Shown here: positions 26,701 through 39,121 of the stretch, in pieces
Position numbering within the stretch: the first letter of the stretch is position 1
Layout of the letters: each line of letters begins with the position of its first letter
Assembly (NCBI GenBank): GCA_002269645.1
Contig: NIVC01003317.1
Coordinates: 1-64,000 of the forward strand
Length of the DNA stretch: 64,000 nucleotides
Origin: Macrostomum lignano
Lineage: Eukaryota
Reading direction: 5' to 3'
The notes under the pieces: generated by a model
The model's database searches: none
What the model saw: only the letters and a program-made list of their open reading frames with translations
Told to the model about the DNA's origin: nothing
Position numbers and translations under genes: made by a program

Positions 26701-29700
26701 TTTTGTTTTTGGTATTTTTATTACTTTTAATATTTTCATTAGGCTGTTGACTTACTTTATAGGCTTGTAAGTCTATGGTTGAGCTCCTACTATATTTTTG
26801 TTTTTAACTTATATTAACAGGGGTAGATTTAGGGGGGACACAGGCCGAGGCATAGCCAGGGGGGTCATGACCCCCTTCCCAGCTGGCTGATCCAGGCCAA
26901 ATTTTCAGGCCCTCACCTATTGCAAAGGACTAGCACCCCTTGCCCCCAGTTGCCGCTATAAGCCAATGACCCCCAAGAAGGAAATCCTGGCTATGCTACT
27001 AGGGGCAAGGGGGCAGCCGCCCCCTCCCCCACCCAAAATAGCTTGATTGAACATATTGCACCCCCCAAAAACCAAAATTTGCACCCCTTAAACTTGATTT
27101 TTTGCCCCCCTAAACGCATTTTTGCACCCCTTAAACTTGATTTTTTGCCCCCTAAATGCATTTTTTGCATCCCCTAGCTTAAAAACTGGCATCTCTTACA
27201 CTCATGTTGGCACCCCAAACTTGGACTGCCCCCCCCAAAATGAAACTCCAGATCTACCACTGTATATTAACTTTTGTTTTTATTATTTATTTTTCATGAT
27301 ATTACAATTAATATAGGCCCTAAGGCAGAGAGAGTTGCTATTATAAATTTGTACAAACTGATAATAGATAGATCATTAGAATAAGAGATGTAATGAAAGT
27401 AACACTACCTTTGGCCTGGGACAGCCCTTCTTTGTATTAGGGCCTATTAACATTAATTAATTAATAATCTTGTAGATCACAATTATTTAGTATTAACAAA
27501 AATTTGATAAAGTTAAGAAGCAAATAAAGCATAGACCAATAAAATGATTTAGAAAGTCGAATTTATCTTATATATTATTTATTTATACTTCAAATAGTGA
27601 CAAGTGAGACCAAAAAAGGTATCAATAATACAATAGGCCTAATTGAATAATAGATGAATCATAGGACATAAGTCATGATTTAGAGGCTTACCTATTTTTT
27701 TCAAAAGGATTTTGTAATTACAACTGCTAAGGTGCATGACATATCCCGAAAGAAAAATTCGGAGGAAAATTTTTAATCGCTATAGACTATATTTTTGCTG
27801 CCAATTGTATTTTTAAACTAATTACTAATGCAATCCCAGTGTGCGGATCATGTACCCGTGTACGCCGGAAAAAATTCGGGCGTCTAGGACTTTGTACGCC
27901 AGTGTACGCCAAAAACAAAAAGTTGCGCTAAAATGTACACCAAAAATTCCTAAAAAAAGGTCATTTGGTTTTCACGAGTAGAGTTTTCTAAGAAAGGCTT
28001 TTGTATGACAAATGTTTTTAAAATAATACGAATATTTTCAATTTAAACAAACCTAAATTATACTTACAAAAAATATGATGCAAAATTAATACTCTTAGCA
28101 AAAAAATACACTAATTTTATTTATTATTAATTTAAAAGAAGCTAAAAGTTTATCACTGACGATTTAATTTTCTTTACTTTACACAAAAACGTTAATTTAC
28201 ATTACAATTTTCATGCATGGCATGAATTTATTCACCAAAATTTGTACGCCAAAAAAGTATGCGTGGCTGTGTTACTTGTGTACGCCAATAGTGTACGCCA
28301 ACTAAGTGCGCCAGGGGTTGTGTACGCCGATTGTGTACGCCAAGGACTTAGGGTGGCCGTTTTGTACGCCGGAAAAGTTCCGGCGTACATGCATACCATC
28401 CGCAACCTGGATGCAATCTACAATGTTGTAGAGCCAAGCAAAATTGAATTCAGCCAAAAAGCTGTTTAAATTTTGGCAATCAATTACTGTTTATGACTAC
28501 TAATGATTTAAGCTATCATCATATAAAGCATTGGGCATATCGCGATTACTAATATTAGAATATCTATTAATTAGCCATTAATAATCCAGGTTAGCTTAGC
28601 TCACAGCGAATTATTGGCTGATTTCTAAGAAAAGAGTATATTGAGTTTTTTAATAGGTATAACAAAATTTGTTAAAAATAACCTATTAGACACAGTACAT
28701 TTGCAAATATTGTTTACAATTAGTTTTAAAAAGGCTAGTACCTTTTTAACAGCGGCTTAGTGAGAAAGATTAAAATGTATCCCCATGAACTGCTTAGTAC
28801 CGATGCATGAACGCGAGGCCAGAGCTCTAGGGGTCGGCTAACTTCGGCCCACGGGCCACATGCGGCCCGCGAAGCCTCTCTATCTTGTCCCTGGGGCCCG
28901 TGCTATAGAATCAGGAGTTAGAAGTTCTTGCAAGGAGTGCAGCCTAAGTGCGGGTGTGTTCAAGGAGCGCTGCGCAATCGTTAGGTTGATGAGAATTCTG
29001 TGCTATATCACAATCTATAGCACAGAAAAGCCAGCTAGGAGCTAGGAGTTAGGACACTCTTAAGGATTTAGGAGTTAAGAGTATTCTATAGCACGGGCCC
29101 CTGGTCCCTCGGGTTATTTTAAACCTTAAAATATAGCAATCTTTCCCACGTACTCAAGTTTTGTCTCATCTCAGCTCTCTCTATTTTCTACTACTCCTGC
29201 ACCCCACTCATCTCACATGTCATCTCCTCTCTCTCCTCTCATCTTTCTTCTCTCTCTTCTCTCATCTCTTCGCTCCTAGTCTCTCCTCTCATCTTCTTTC
29301 TTTATCTCCTATATCCTCTCGCATCTCTTCTGCCTCTCTTTATTCTTCTCTCTTCCCCATTCCCTCTCTGTTTCCACGGTCCATCTGGCCCGCAGCAACG
29401 ATCTAGCTTCTTTATGTATGGCCATGGAACTAAAAAGTTTGCCGACCCTTGCCTAGGCCGTGGGCTGATCCGCTCGTACCTTGAATGTATGTCTGCATGC
29501 TCTTATCTTTTTGCAAATTTGCCAATACCATGTAGCTGCTGCATGCTCCTCACGGCCTCTTTCTTGCTTCGAAACTGCAATTGTTATAGATCAGAGATCG
29601 CAACAACAAAGGATACAATATGATAAAAGTACAATACGATTATTTGACCTTCATAGTATAGTATTTATTGCTACAAAAGAGTTACATGTATAGCTTTCTG

Positions 29701-30319
29701 GATGTATTTCTGATCTACATATAAACATGTACGAGCTGAGGGCCTCTCACAACAAATTTTTGTACATCCACAAAATCGCAGGTAGCAGCATTTAATTGTA
29801 CATGTAATGTGTACCAGTAAGCCGTACAGCAATAATCCGACGTCGCGATGATTAGAATATGTGCTTTTGCATTACATAGACGGATAACGACGTCACATAC
29901 ATGTACATCGGCTGAACGTCGGTGAACTGTAAAGTACGGTACATGTACATGTACACATGCATATCTGTCATCGACATCGGTAAAGATCGGGAACGTCGTT
30001 TTTCAGATAACAGAGTAAACAATGAACTTATACAGTAAAGTACATCTGTAAATTTACCATATACCATAAATCAACTTTCAAGCGACCAAAACAAAAACAA
30101 ACACATACATTTAAAGTTTTGATCAGACTCCAAAATTCACAAACTGTGAATTCATGAAAATTGATTGACTTTTACATGTTTTTTTAGACTATAAAACTGC
30201 GCTTTTATACACGAGCGTAAAATTTTTACATCAGTACTTGTACATGGGCGCACGTGTAATTTGCAATTAGAAAAGTTAAACAAAACAGACACAACCAAAA
30301 TCTTACCTTCTATATTCAT
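20715..30319 (-). CDS. PDE12: 2',5'-phosphodiesterase 12 (EEP/CCR4-type mitochondrial deadenylase), 5 coding exons
   Basis: complement(join(20715..20952,21248..21922,22342..23033,24389..24690,30307..30319)) = 1920 nt, 639 aa, all GT-AG and in phase. EEP motifs VVSYNLLA, LQEVD, TTHL, GDFNS, FTNYT..F...LDHIF, PSDH. The 13 nt first coding exon is the least certain part. Confidence 0.9.
20995..21215. repeat. 21 bp minisatellite (CTCAGCTACCAGCTCCCCAGA) filling PDE12 intron 4
   Basis: About 10 copies in a 295 nt intron. Confidence 0.95.
21965..22310. repeat. 33 bp CCAATCAG-containing minisatellite filling PDE12 intron 3
   Basis: 11 CCAAT boxes at 21970, 22004, 22037, 22071, 22104, 22137, 22170, 22203, 22236, 22268 and 22301. 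Confidence 0.93.
23146..24370. repeat. 23 bp minisatellite (AGGTGTCTGAGGGGCGATTATCA) filling PDE12 intron 2
   Basis: About 50 copies with a variable G-run. Confidence 0.97.
26818..27262. mobile_element. hAT-type MITE with nested inverted-repeat sub-element
   Basis: 8 bp TSD TATATTAA on both sides; TIRs CAGGGGTAGATT / GATCTACCACTG; internal GCATAGCCAGG...CCTGGCTATGC pair. Confidence 0.85.
27836..28410. mobile_element. hAT-type MITE
   Basis: 8 bp TSD ATGCAATC (27828-27835 and 28411-28418); TIRs CCAGTGTGCGGAT / ATCCGCAACCTGG; multiple subterminal TGTACGCC motifs. Confidence 0.88.
28828..29451. mobile_element. MITE (GGGGTCGGC...GTTTGCCGACCC ends) with nested MITE at 28891-29103
   Basis: Outer hAT-like TIRs with no clear TSD. 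Inner ~21 bp TIR C(T/A)GGGGCCCGTGCTATAGAAT, flanked by GTCC on both sides. Confidence 0.7.
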
Positions 30320-30868
30320 CTTCAGAAAAGCGTCAATATAGCCGCGAAAGAAAAGCTCGAGAAAAGCTGCGCGAGTTTAAAAAATAACATTAATGTCACT
30401 TTCGGATGACAAAATCCCAATGATCCCCTTTTTTCAACTACATGTATTCTTACTTGAAGAACTTTTTGTTTGATAAAAAGTTCGTTAGGAATAAAAATAT
30501 CACAAAAGGAAATATGTCTAGGCTGTAATTAACCTGATGCAGCAACGCAGCTCCCAGCAAGGCTTGATTTGTAGAGCAAAAACCCAACGACTTGTGAATT
30601 GTGCAATAAAACTCTTTCGAAAAGGTCACAAAATTTCTCTACCAGATTCTGAAGTCTGAAGGGTATTAATAAGATAAAGGAAAACACACGGAAACAGCCA
30701 TGCAGAGGTATAAACAAACGAAGCCAAGAAATAAAATAAAGCAATTTCCAGATGACCCGGATATAGAAATTGTATCAGTATGCATGTTGTTACAATAGTT
30801 ACAAAAGTGATAGATCTACATGCAGGTAACTTCACCGAATTCTTCGTGAGAAGAAAGTCTCAGCAAAG

Positions 30869-33800
30869 TCAGATCTCTTTAGCGAGTTTTTTGCACGACT
30901 CAAAAAAGCCTCCATTGGCGTCGTACTCACTGCTGCTAATGAACGCGTCAACTTTGCTTTGAAAATCTTTGTGCAAAATCTTCTGCATGGCGGCGTCCAC
31001 TTTCGGGTCAGGGGCTGGCGGCTCCGATGGACCATTGATGCTGTTTAGCTGACGGTCCACCTGACTGTCCAGCATCTTTATCAGGCCTCCAAGCTCATCC
31101 GTGGCCTCTGTGCGAGTGCGACTCACTGACTGACTTTCCGACTTGCTCACCGATTTCGATGACGATTTCGATTGCTTCTCAGATTTGGTCTCAGACTTGG
31201 TGTCGGACTTGCTACTGACGTCTGCAGTTACGCTTACCGATGCAGCTTCAGATTTCTCCTCAACTTTTACATCTGTCTTCTCTTCCGTCTCAGTTTTCTC
31301 TTCCGAGCTAGTCTCGACCTTGGCAGATATCTCTTCAGCCTTGACTTCAGCCTTGACCTGCTCCTCAATCTTGCTCTCAGCTTTGCTGGCGGCTACAGAA
31401 ATAGCCATAGCGTTTTCTTCTGTCGTTTTTACGTCCTCAGTCTTCGCTTCAGCCTTAATCTCTGCTTTGCTCTTCTCTTCAACCTTTGCTTCCGTCTTGC
31501 TTGCGGAAATGCCGAAACCTACTGATAGATCCTTGCTGTCAGACTCCTTTTTCTCTTCTGCCTTGACTTCAGCCTTGATCTCTGACTTACTTTTGTCTTC
31601 TACTTTTGCCTCAGCCTTGTTCGCTGAGACACCGACCGCCAAAGCCAAATCCTTGCTTTCAACTTTCTGCTTCTCTTCAGCCTTGACCTTGGCCTTGACC
31701 TCGGCCTTCTTTTTTTCTTCAGTTTTGTTTGCTGACACACCGACTGCCAAAGCAAAGCCCTTGTTTTCAACCTTCTGCTTGTCTTTGGCTTTCACTTCGG
31801 CCTTGACCTCAGCCTTCTTTTTCTCCTCGGCCTTGACCTCGGCTTTGACTTCAGCCTTCTTTTTTTCTTCGACCTTTTCTTCAGCCTTGTTTGCTGAGAC
31901 ACCAACTGCCAAAGCAAAACCCTTACTTTCATTTTTCTGCTTTTCTTCGGCTTTGACCTCAACTTTCTTTTTCTCCTCAGCCTTGACCTCGGCCTTGACC
32001 TCGGCTTTTTGCTTTGCCTCAACCTTGACCTCAGCTTTCGTTTTGTCCTCGGCTTTAACCTCAACCTTTGGTGCTACTGCTGCAGCGACAACGACGCCTT
32101 TATTGTCAAAATTTTGCTTCTCCTTGGCTTTAACCTCGGCTTTAACCTCAATTTTCTGCTTCTCCTTAGCTTCGGTCTTGTCTTCAACCTTGGAAACGAC
32201 TTTCTCTTTCTCCGTTTGCTTCACTTCAGCCTTTGCTTCTGCCTTTACCTCAACTTGGGAAGGCTCTTTTCGTTCTTGTTGCAGAACAATTTTCTTTTCT
32301 TCCTGAACCTGAATAACTGTTCCAGTCTTTTGTTGGACAATCGGTTCAAGATGCTTTCGCTGCTCAGCCTTCTCTGTGACTTGAATTACAGTAGCGTCTC
32401 TGGCTTGAGCCTTTTCAGCGACTCGCTTGTCCTCCTGTTTCACCTTCTCTGCTTTCTGGGTTTCCAGCACAACCTCAGATGTCTGCTCCACTGGTTCTAG
32501 AATGATCTTCCTTCCTCGTGGGGACAGACGCTCGTTTCTCTGCTCGACAACAGCCTCCTGCTTCTCGTGCCAGTTCTCACTGCCGATCCTCATGCTCTTC
32601 CTGGTTCCGACCTTCTCTTCTTCCTTCTCTTGAACCGCAACAGCGGCAACTACCGTCTGTTTCTCGTGCCAGTTCTCACTGCCGATCCTCATGCTCTTCC
32701 TAGTTCCGACTTTCTCTTCTTTCTCTTCCTTAATGACAGCTTCTTGAGTGGCCGTCGGTTGGTTCTCGTGCCAGTTCTCGTTTCCAATGCGCATCTTTTT
32801 TCGGGTGCCAACCCGAGTCGCGAGCGTATTTGCTTGAACAACTGTCTTCTGCTTCTCGTGCCAGTTCTCGCTGCCAACTCGCATGACCTTTTTAGTGCCA
32901 GTCTTCTCGTCCACCACGTCGTTGTTAGCAGCGACCGCCTGCTTTTCGTGCCAGTTTTCGCTGCCAACCCGCATGACCTTCTTCGTTCCGACGCGTTCCT
33001 CTTCAACAACCGCGGCCTGTTTCTCACTACTGGCCTGTTTCTCGTGCCAGCTCTCGTTGCCGATGCGCATGGTCTTCTTGCTGCCAACCGTTTGCTGGGA
33101 CTCAGCCTGAGCCGCTTCTCGCTCGGCTCGCTCGATCTCCGCCCAGGTGCCGCCCAGTCGCATCTTCTTCACGTTGGGCTTGGCTTCCACCTGCTGAGTG
33201 GGGTGCAAATCGGTAGAAATTCGGTAGACAAAGGTAAAAGTGTGACAAGAAAATTTGGTAGACAATTTGAAGGTCCTGAACCGAAATCGGAAGGATATTC
33301 GAGCCCGTGTCATGAGGTTACAGGCCATGGCTACCTCGCCAGACACTACTTCATTCGAGGCGACCTCGAGAGTGAACTTTGCCCTTTATGCGAGTATTAC
33401 AATGAAGATGCTCAGCACTTTGTTTGTCACTGCCCTTTCTTTACTGCAGAGACCGGCTACGCTACCTCGGGCCAAGCCCGTCTATTTACGAGGTCTGCAA
33501 GTCCGACAGCATCCCCACGGCTCATCCAGTTCCTCCGGGCGACAAGACGAGCCACTTTCTTCCCTATGGAAGATCACGCTAAGGGATGGACCGGCGGACC
33601 ACCCTGTGTTGTGATTGACAATGCTTGCGCAATACTGACCACTGACAATTAACTATTGACCTTATTGAATGCGTGGGCGTATACTGTACTCAGACTAGAA
33701 TGTGTAGGTTATTGCGTATCGATTTGGCAATGCAACGTGCAAGTAGGAGTTTCATCTCTATAAATATATCGTGAGCGAGATGTGTATCTCTGAACTCAAA

Positions 33801-36800
33801 AGCTTCAATCAAAGAAACTCTCTGTGTTAATTAGAACACAACAAATGGGGACGAGGATGGGATCCCGTACCCAGCGGAGTTTCAACCAGTACCAGGCGAA
33901 CCTCCTGTGCCATGGGCAAGGTGGATCAAGTCATTTGAGAACTTCCTGGTAGCTGGAGCTCTTGAAGAGGCATCAGAGAGTCGGAAAAAGGCGATCCTCC
34001 TGCATCTGCTTGGTGAGGAAGGACGCCGCCGAGCTGCAAACGTCGATGCAAGCAAGTCGCTTCAGGAGACCAAAAAGGCACTGAAGGCGATTTTCAGCTC
34101 GTCGAGAAGCGTCATAGCAGAGCGCTTCGCCTTTCGGCAGCGAGCCCAGCACGACGGCGAGAGCATCGGAGACTACGTGATGGCCCTGAGAGAACTGGCA
34201 ACAAACTGCAACTTTGGCACCTTTCACGACGAAATGATTCGAGACCAACTTGTGGAGAAAACCTGCGTACCTCGCATTAGGGAAAGACTCCTGATGGAGG
34301 AGGACGATCTGACGCTAGATGACGCCATCAAGAAGGCCGAGCGAATCGAAGCAGCCATCAGAGACGCCAAGCAGGTCAGCGGCCCAGAGCTCCACGTAAA
34401 GGCGCTGAGCAAGAAGCCGAAGCCAGCTGCTCGCCATGAGAAGACCGCAGCAGCAGGTCCAAAGTGCACTCGATGCGGAGGCAACCACGGACACAAGGGC
34501 GAATGCAAGGCGATGGGCCAGAAATACAGACGATGCGGCAAGACGAACCATTTCGCGAAAATGTGCCGCATGAAAGCGGTCTCTGCGATCGACACCAAAG
34601 AGCCTGCAGAGTCCAGCCTGACGGTCCTGGCCGTGAACAACAAGAGCACAGACAGCTTATTCTGCGAATGCCGTCTGGACGGACAGCTGATTCGACTGCA
34701 AATCGACTGCGGTGCTGCCGTTTCGTTGCTCAACATGGAGACGTTCAAGAAGTCCTTCGCTAGGCACCCGCTGCTTCCGACGGGCACAAAACTGGAGGCA
34801 TACGGCGGATCTGCGATCAAGACCATCGGCAAGGTCGAGCTTCCTGTGACGTTCCACATTCTACGTCGCCGACAAAGGAGCGAACATCCTGGGCCGCGAC
34901 CTGTTTCAGGCCCTCGGATTCAAAATCTTCCAAGGTGACAACAGAGTGATGAGCATCAGCGAGACTACGATCGAGCGCGACTTCCCCGGAATCTTCGACG
35001 GTCTGGGCCGGTCCAAGAGCTTCATTCACCGGACAAAGATCGACGCCTCGGTCAAGCCAGTGTCTCAGCCAATGCGGAAGCTGCCGATCGGCCTGAAGGA
35101 CGAAGTGACGTCAGAGATCAGCCGGATGGAGCAACAGGGCATCATTGAGAAGGTCGACGCGTCCGAGTGGGTTAGCAACGTTGTCGTGACGCGCAAGAAG
35201 GAGTCCAACAAGGTTCGTCTCTGCGTGGATCTGCGGCAGGTCAACAAGGCGGTGATCGCGGACCGCTATCCGGTACCGTCAATCGAGGACCTATCGGCCA
35301 GCATCAACGGCTCGAAGTGCTTCAGCAAGCTGGACCTGCGTCAAGGCTACCAGCAGATTCCGTTGCATCCAGACTCTCGAGGACTGACGTGCTTCATCAC
35401 CGATGCTGGCCTGTATCAGTTCACCGTGGTGCCATTCGGGCTATCCAGCTCCGGAGCTGTCTTCCAGCGAGCCCTGCAGACGGTGCTTCGAGGAGCTCCT
35501 GGCGCCATCAACATCGTGAACGACATCCTGGTGCACGGCAAGGACGAGACTGAGCACGACAAGAACCTCCGAGAAGTCCTAGGGCGGATTCATCGCGAAG
35601 GCTTCACACTCAATCGAGAGAAGTGCAAATTCCGGCAGGCGAGCGTGGATTTCTTCGGATTGGTCATCTCTGCAGACGGCATCAAACCGACCAAGTCCAA
35701 CGTCGACGCAATTCTAAGAATTCCTGAGCCATCAACGGTCGCGCAAATTCAATCGTTTCTCGGGGCAGTGAACTTTTTGCACAAGTTCATACCGCATTAC
35801 TCAGCAATTGCCGAGCCTCTCAGACAACTGCTCAAAAAGGACGCGGACTGGCACTGGGGTGAGCGAGAACGTACAGCCTTCCGTACACTCAAGTCAGCCG
35901 TAACCAGCAGCCCAGTGTTAGCTCATTTTGACTGCCAAGCTGAGACGTACGTCACCTGCGATGCAAGTCTAGACGGACTGGGGGCAGTGCTCAGCCAAGT
36001 ACAAAACGGAAAAGAGGTGCCAATCGCGTTCGCATCGAGAGCACTCAGCCCAGCGGAAAAGCGATACTCAGCCGGAGAGCGAGAAGCCCTGGCCTGTGTA
36101 TGGAGCATCGAACGCTGGCACTACTATCTATACGGCAGACGAGTAACGCTGCGCACCGACCACAAGGCCCTGACAACTCTGCTCGACTCGAAAGACATGG
36201 GGCACAGGCCTCTTCGCATTCATCGATGGGTAGAGAGACTTCGCGGCTACGACGTCCGGTTTGAGCACATCCCTGGTGCTGACAACAAGTGCGCGGACAT
36301 GCTGTCCAGATGGGCCACGACGGAGCGCGTTCTAGCCGAGGAGACCGACGAGGAGGGCTACGTCTACGCAGTCGTCGACTCGAAGACAACACTGACGGCA
36401 GACGCACTGGCAACGGCGACCAAGGAGGACGAAGTGCTGCAGGCGGTTCTGCGGTACATCTCGGGCGGCTGGCCAACGAAGGTGGACAGCTCTCTGAAGC
36501 CGTACTTCAACGTCCGGGACGAGCTGTTCTGCTGGAACAACGGTCAATGCCTCGGCCGTGGTGAACGCGCGATCATCCCGACGAGCCTGCGACTTCAAGT
36601 CATCGAGGAGGCCCACGAAGGGCATCCGGGCGTCGTTCGGTCAAAGCAGCGGTGCCGCGACACGGTCTGGTTTCCTGGAATTGACCGGCAGGTGGAGGAC
36701 TACGTCAAGAACTGCACGGCCTGCACTCTGGCGGAGAAGTCCGGCAAGCCTCAACAGACGATCGTGACACCAATCGAGTGGCCAGATGGACCGTGGGACA

Positions 36801-39121
36801 AGGTTGAGATCGACATCTTCGGCGAGGTCGCCGCGGCTCCTCGACACCAGCGGTTTCTAGTGGTGATCCACGACCTGTACAGCAAGTGGCCGGAGATTGC
36901 AGCCATGGAAACCGTCACCTCTGCCAACATCATCAAGACGCTTCGGAAGCTATTCGGCCGGTGGGGAGTCCCAAAGATGCTGATCAGCGACAACGGACCC
37001 CAGTTCGTCAGAAGAGTTCCTGCGAGCCGAGGGCATCAAGCACAGCCGAGTGAGCCGGTACTACCCGCAAGGCAACGGCGGAGTCGAGCGATTCAACCGG
37101 AGTCTGAAGGAGGGCCTGGCAGCGAACCTGAGGGCGGGAGCGAAGTTCGAGGACGCCATCGACCTGGTGCTCAAGACCTACAGGACCAGCCAGCACGCTC
37201 TCACCGGGCTGACTCCAGCCGAGCTGATGATCGGGCGCAAGCTGCGGTCCGGACTGCAGCTGCTCAGGCCAACTCCAGTGCAACAGCGGACGACAGCGAC
37301 CTGCGAGACAGCATCGCACAGAGGCAAGCCAAGAATGCCGACTACACCAACAAGCGAAGGCGAGCTCGTGACTCTATGCTCCAGGCCGAAGACTGGGTCT
37401 GGCGACAGACGCCGCACCGAGCGCACAAGCTGGCGACCCGACTGAAGGAACCGCTAAAGATCGCCTCCCGAGCAGGGCGCAACACCTTCGTGCTGTCCGA
37501 CGGTACAAAGTGGCAAGCGAGTCGGCTGGTTAAGTGCAACAGCCCACCGGCTGACAACGGCGCGGCCGACCAAGAGGACGACTGGTTCGATTTGCCGCTG
37601 CCGCCGGCTCCGTCCCCACGGACGGGCGAGCCGCCACCTCCACCTGAACTTCGAAGGTCAACTCGAGCTCGACGGCAACCGGCGCGTTATCCTCTTCCGG
37701 AAGGGGGGAGAATGTTGTGATTGACAATGCTTGCGCAATACTGACCACTGACAATTAACTATTGACCTTATTGAATGCGTGGGCGTATACTGTACTCAGA
37801 CTAGAATGTGTAGGTTATTGCGTATCGATTTGGCAATGCAACGTGCAAGTAGGAGTTTCATCTCTATAAATATATCGTGAGCGAGATGTGTATCTCTGAA
37901 CTCAAAAGCTTCAATCAAAGAAACTCTCTGTGTTAATTAGAACACAACACCCTGACCGCCCCCCACGAATCTGCCTGTCTGCGGACCTTAAGGGGCTAGC
38001 GGAATGGGCAACCCTGGCCTTCCCGCTGTGTGTACAGACCACCCTACTGGTAAGTCAAGTCATGCAAGATGCAATATTACTCAAAATCGAGGCATTAGAA
38101 TTCATTATGTAGCTGGAATATTTTGGATCAAATGTTACGAATAGAAAAGTCATTTTCATTGCGCTATCAAAGAACACACAAATCCCGTTCGTTTTGATTC
38201 TGCTTTTTTACGTTCGTACAGAAAAAAAATTTAAAACGTTTACTGTTGCTGCTATTGGCTTTTTTGGAGCATTTTTTTGTAAGCTTTTGTTAGAAAATAA
38301 AAGTCCAAGCTCAAAATTTATTTTTACTCTATCGATTTTCACAAAAAACAAATGAAACAAAAAAGCTGGACTTTTTTCTTGTCTACTTTACAGAGCAGTT
38401 TTCCCAGTCTCTCCACTTCATCAAAGCCTTCCATTATGCATAGCGTTTTCTCTCGCAGCCAACAGCAGATAGTGCAGCTTCAACATGCATCGACTCCACG
38501 GGCATAAAGCACGGGTTGCCAAGGCAAGCAGAAAAAAACAGTTTGCTGCATCCTGCCACGCTCAGGTGCGTAGTTCAGGGCCGCCAACCTCCCGGACGGG
38601 GGGAGTCCGCCAGCTCTTGCCACCCCGCCATTGTTCTTTACCAAGCCGGGCCGGCCTCGCCGGGTGCTGCCGTCCCCCCAAACCCACTGTTTAACCTGCC
38701 AATTCTCCCCGCCTGAACCAGGGCTGAAATACCAGGAAACTGCGAGAGGGGAAGAGAGGCGCGGGATGAGAGAAGCAAAGAGAGAACAAGTACAGTTGGA
38801 AGAAATGGAAAGGGGGCTTAAGAAATTTTTCTGCAGCAGAAATTTCATGCAGACGATGCTTTCTGGGTAAACCGTTGTCTCAAAGAAATGAATTTCAAAT
38901 GCTATGTTGATTTGAATAAATTTTACATTTCTCCAAATTATTGATTATACTAAAATTATGCCTACCTGTTTCTGGGCGCCCCTCCGCATGCCTATGTAGT
39001 CTGCGAGAGACATTGGTGCCTTCTGCTGCGAGCTTTGGTGATGATGTCGGTGGTGGTGATGGTGTCGGTGTTTACTGCTTGCCGCCGTGGAGCCTCGGAC
39101 AGCCGCTGAGGAAGTTGACAT
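30869..39121 (-). CDS. Uncharacterised ~825 aa His-tract and repeat protein (GTxKxMRIGSENWHEKQ repeats; AEVKAEEK-rich region), 2 coding exons
   Basis: complement(join(30869..33190,38966..39121)). Exon 1 reads MSTSSAAVRGSTAASSKHRHHHHHRHHHQ...GAQKQ and ends in a phase-0 CAG|GTAGGC donor. A NAGNAG acceptor lies at 33190/33193, followed by a long open frame with coding-like composition. Confidence 0.75.
33607..33843 (+). repeat. 5' LTR
   Basis: 237 bp, identical by eye to 37713-37949. Confidence 0.97.
37713..37949 (+). repeat. 3' LTR
   Basis: 237 bp, preceded by polypurine tract GGAAGGGGGGAGAA. Confidence 0.97.

Larger units (their letters stand above)
33607..37949 (+). mobile_element. Full-length Ty3/Gypsy LTR retrotransposon (Mag-like), 4343 bp, defective gag-pol
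   Basis: Identical 237 bp TG..CA LTRs; 5 bp TSD CCCTG; PBS TGGGGACGAGGATGGGAT (33846-33863, one mismatch to the complement of the tRNA-Ser(GCU) 3' end); PPT at 37699-37712. Encodes gag with zinc knuckles, protease (DCGA), RT, RNase H and HHCC/DDE integrase. Confidence 0.98.
33270..38061 (+). pseudogene. 5'-truncated non-LTR retrotransposon remnant (33270-33606 plus 37955-38061), split by the Gypsy insertion
   Basis: Frameshifted C-terminal zinc-binding region TGH..LARH...CPLC..EDAQHFVCHCP typical of APE-type LINE ORF2 ends. The sequence resumes after the 3' LTR and ends in TAAGTCAAGTC. Confidence 0.7.

Noticed and set aside
33191-33346. N-terminal 52 aa (MSGEVAMAC...) of ORF 30869..33346
   Set aside because: It lies upstream of a clear NAGNAG acceptor and overlaps AT-rich intron and LINE sequence; the real start is probably exon 38966-39121.
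38480-38848. ORF containing GGENWQVKQ, resembling the W-repeat of the downstream protein
   Set aside because: The available acceptors and donors do not place this frame in phase with the phase-0 flanking exons; likely coincidence.
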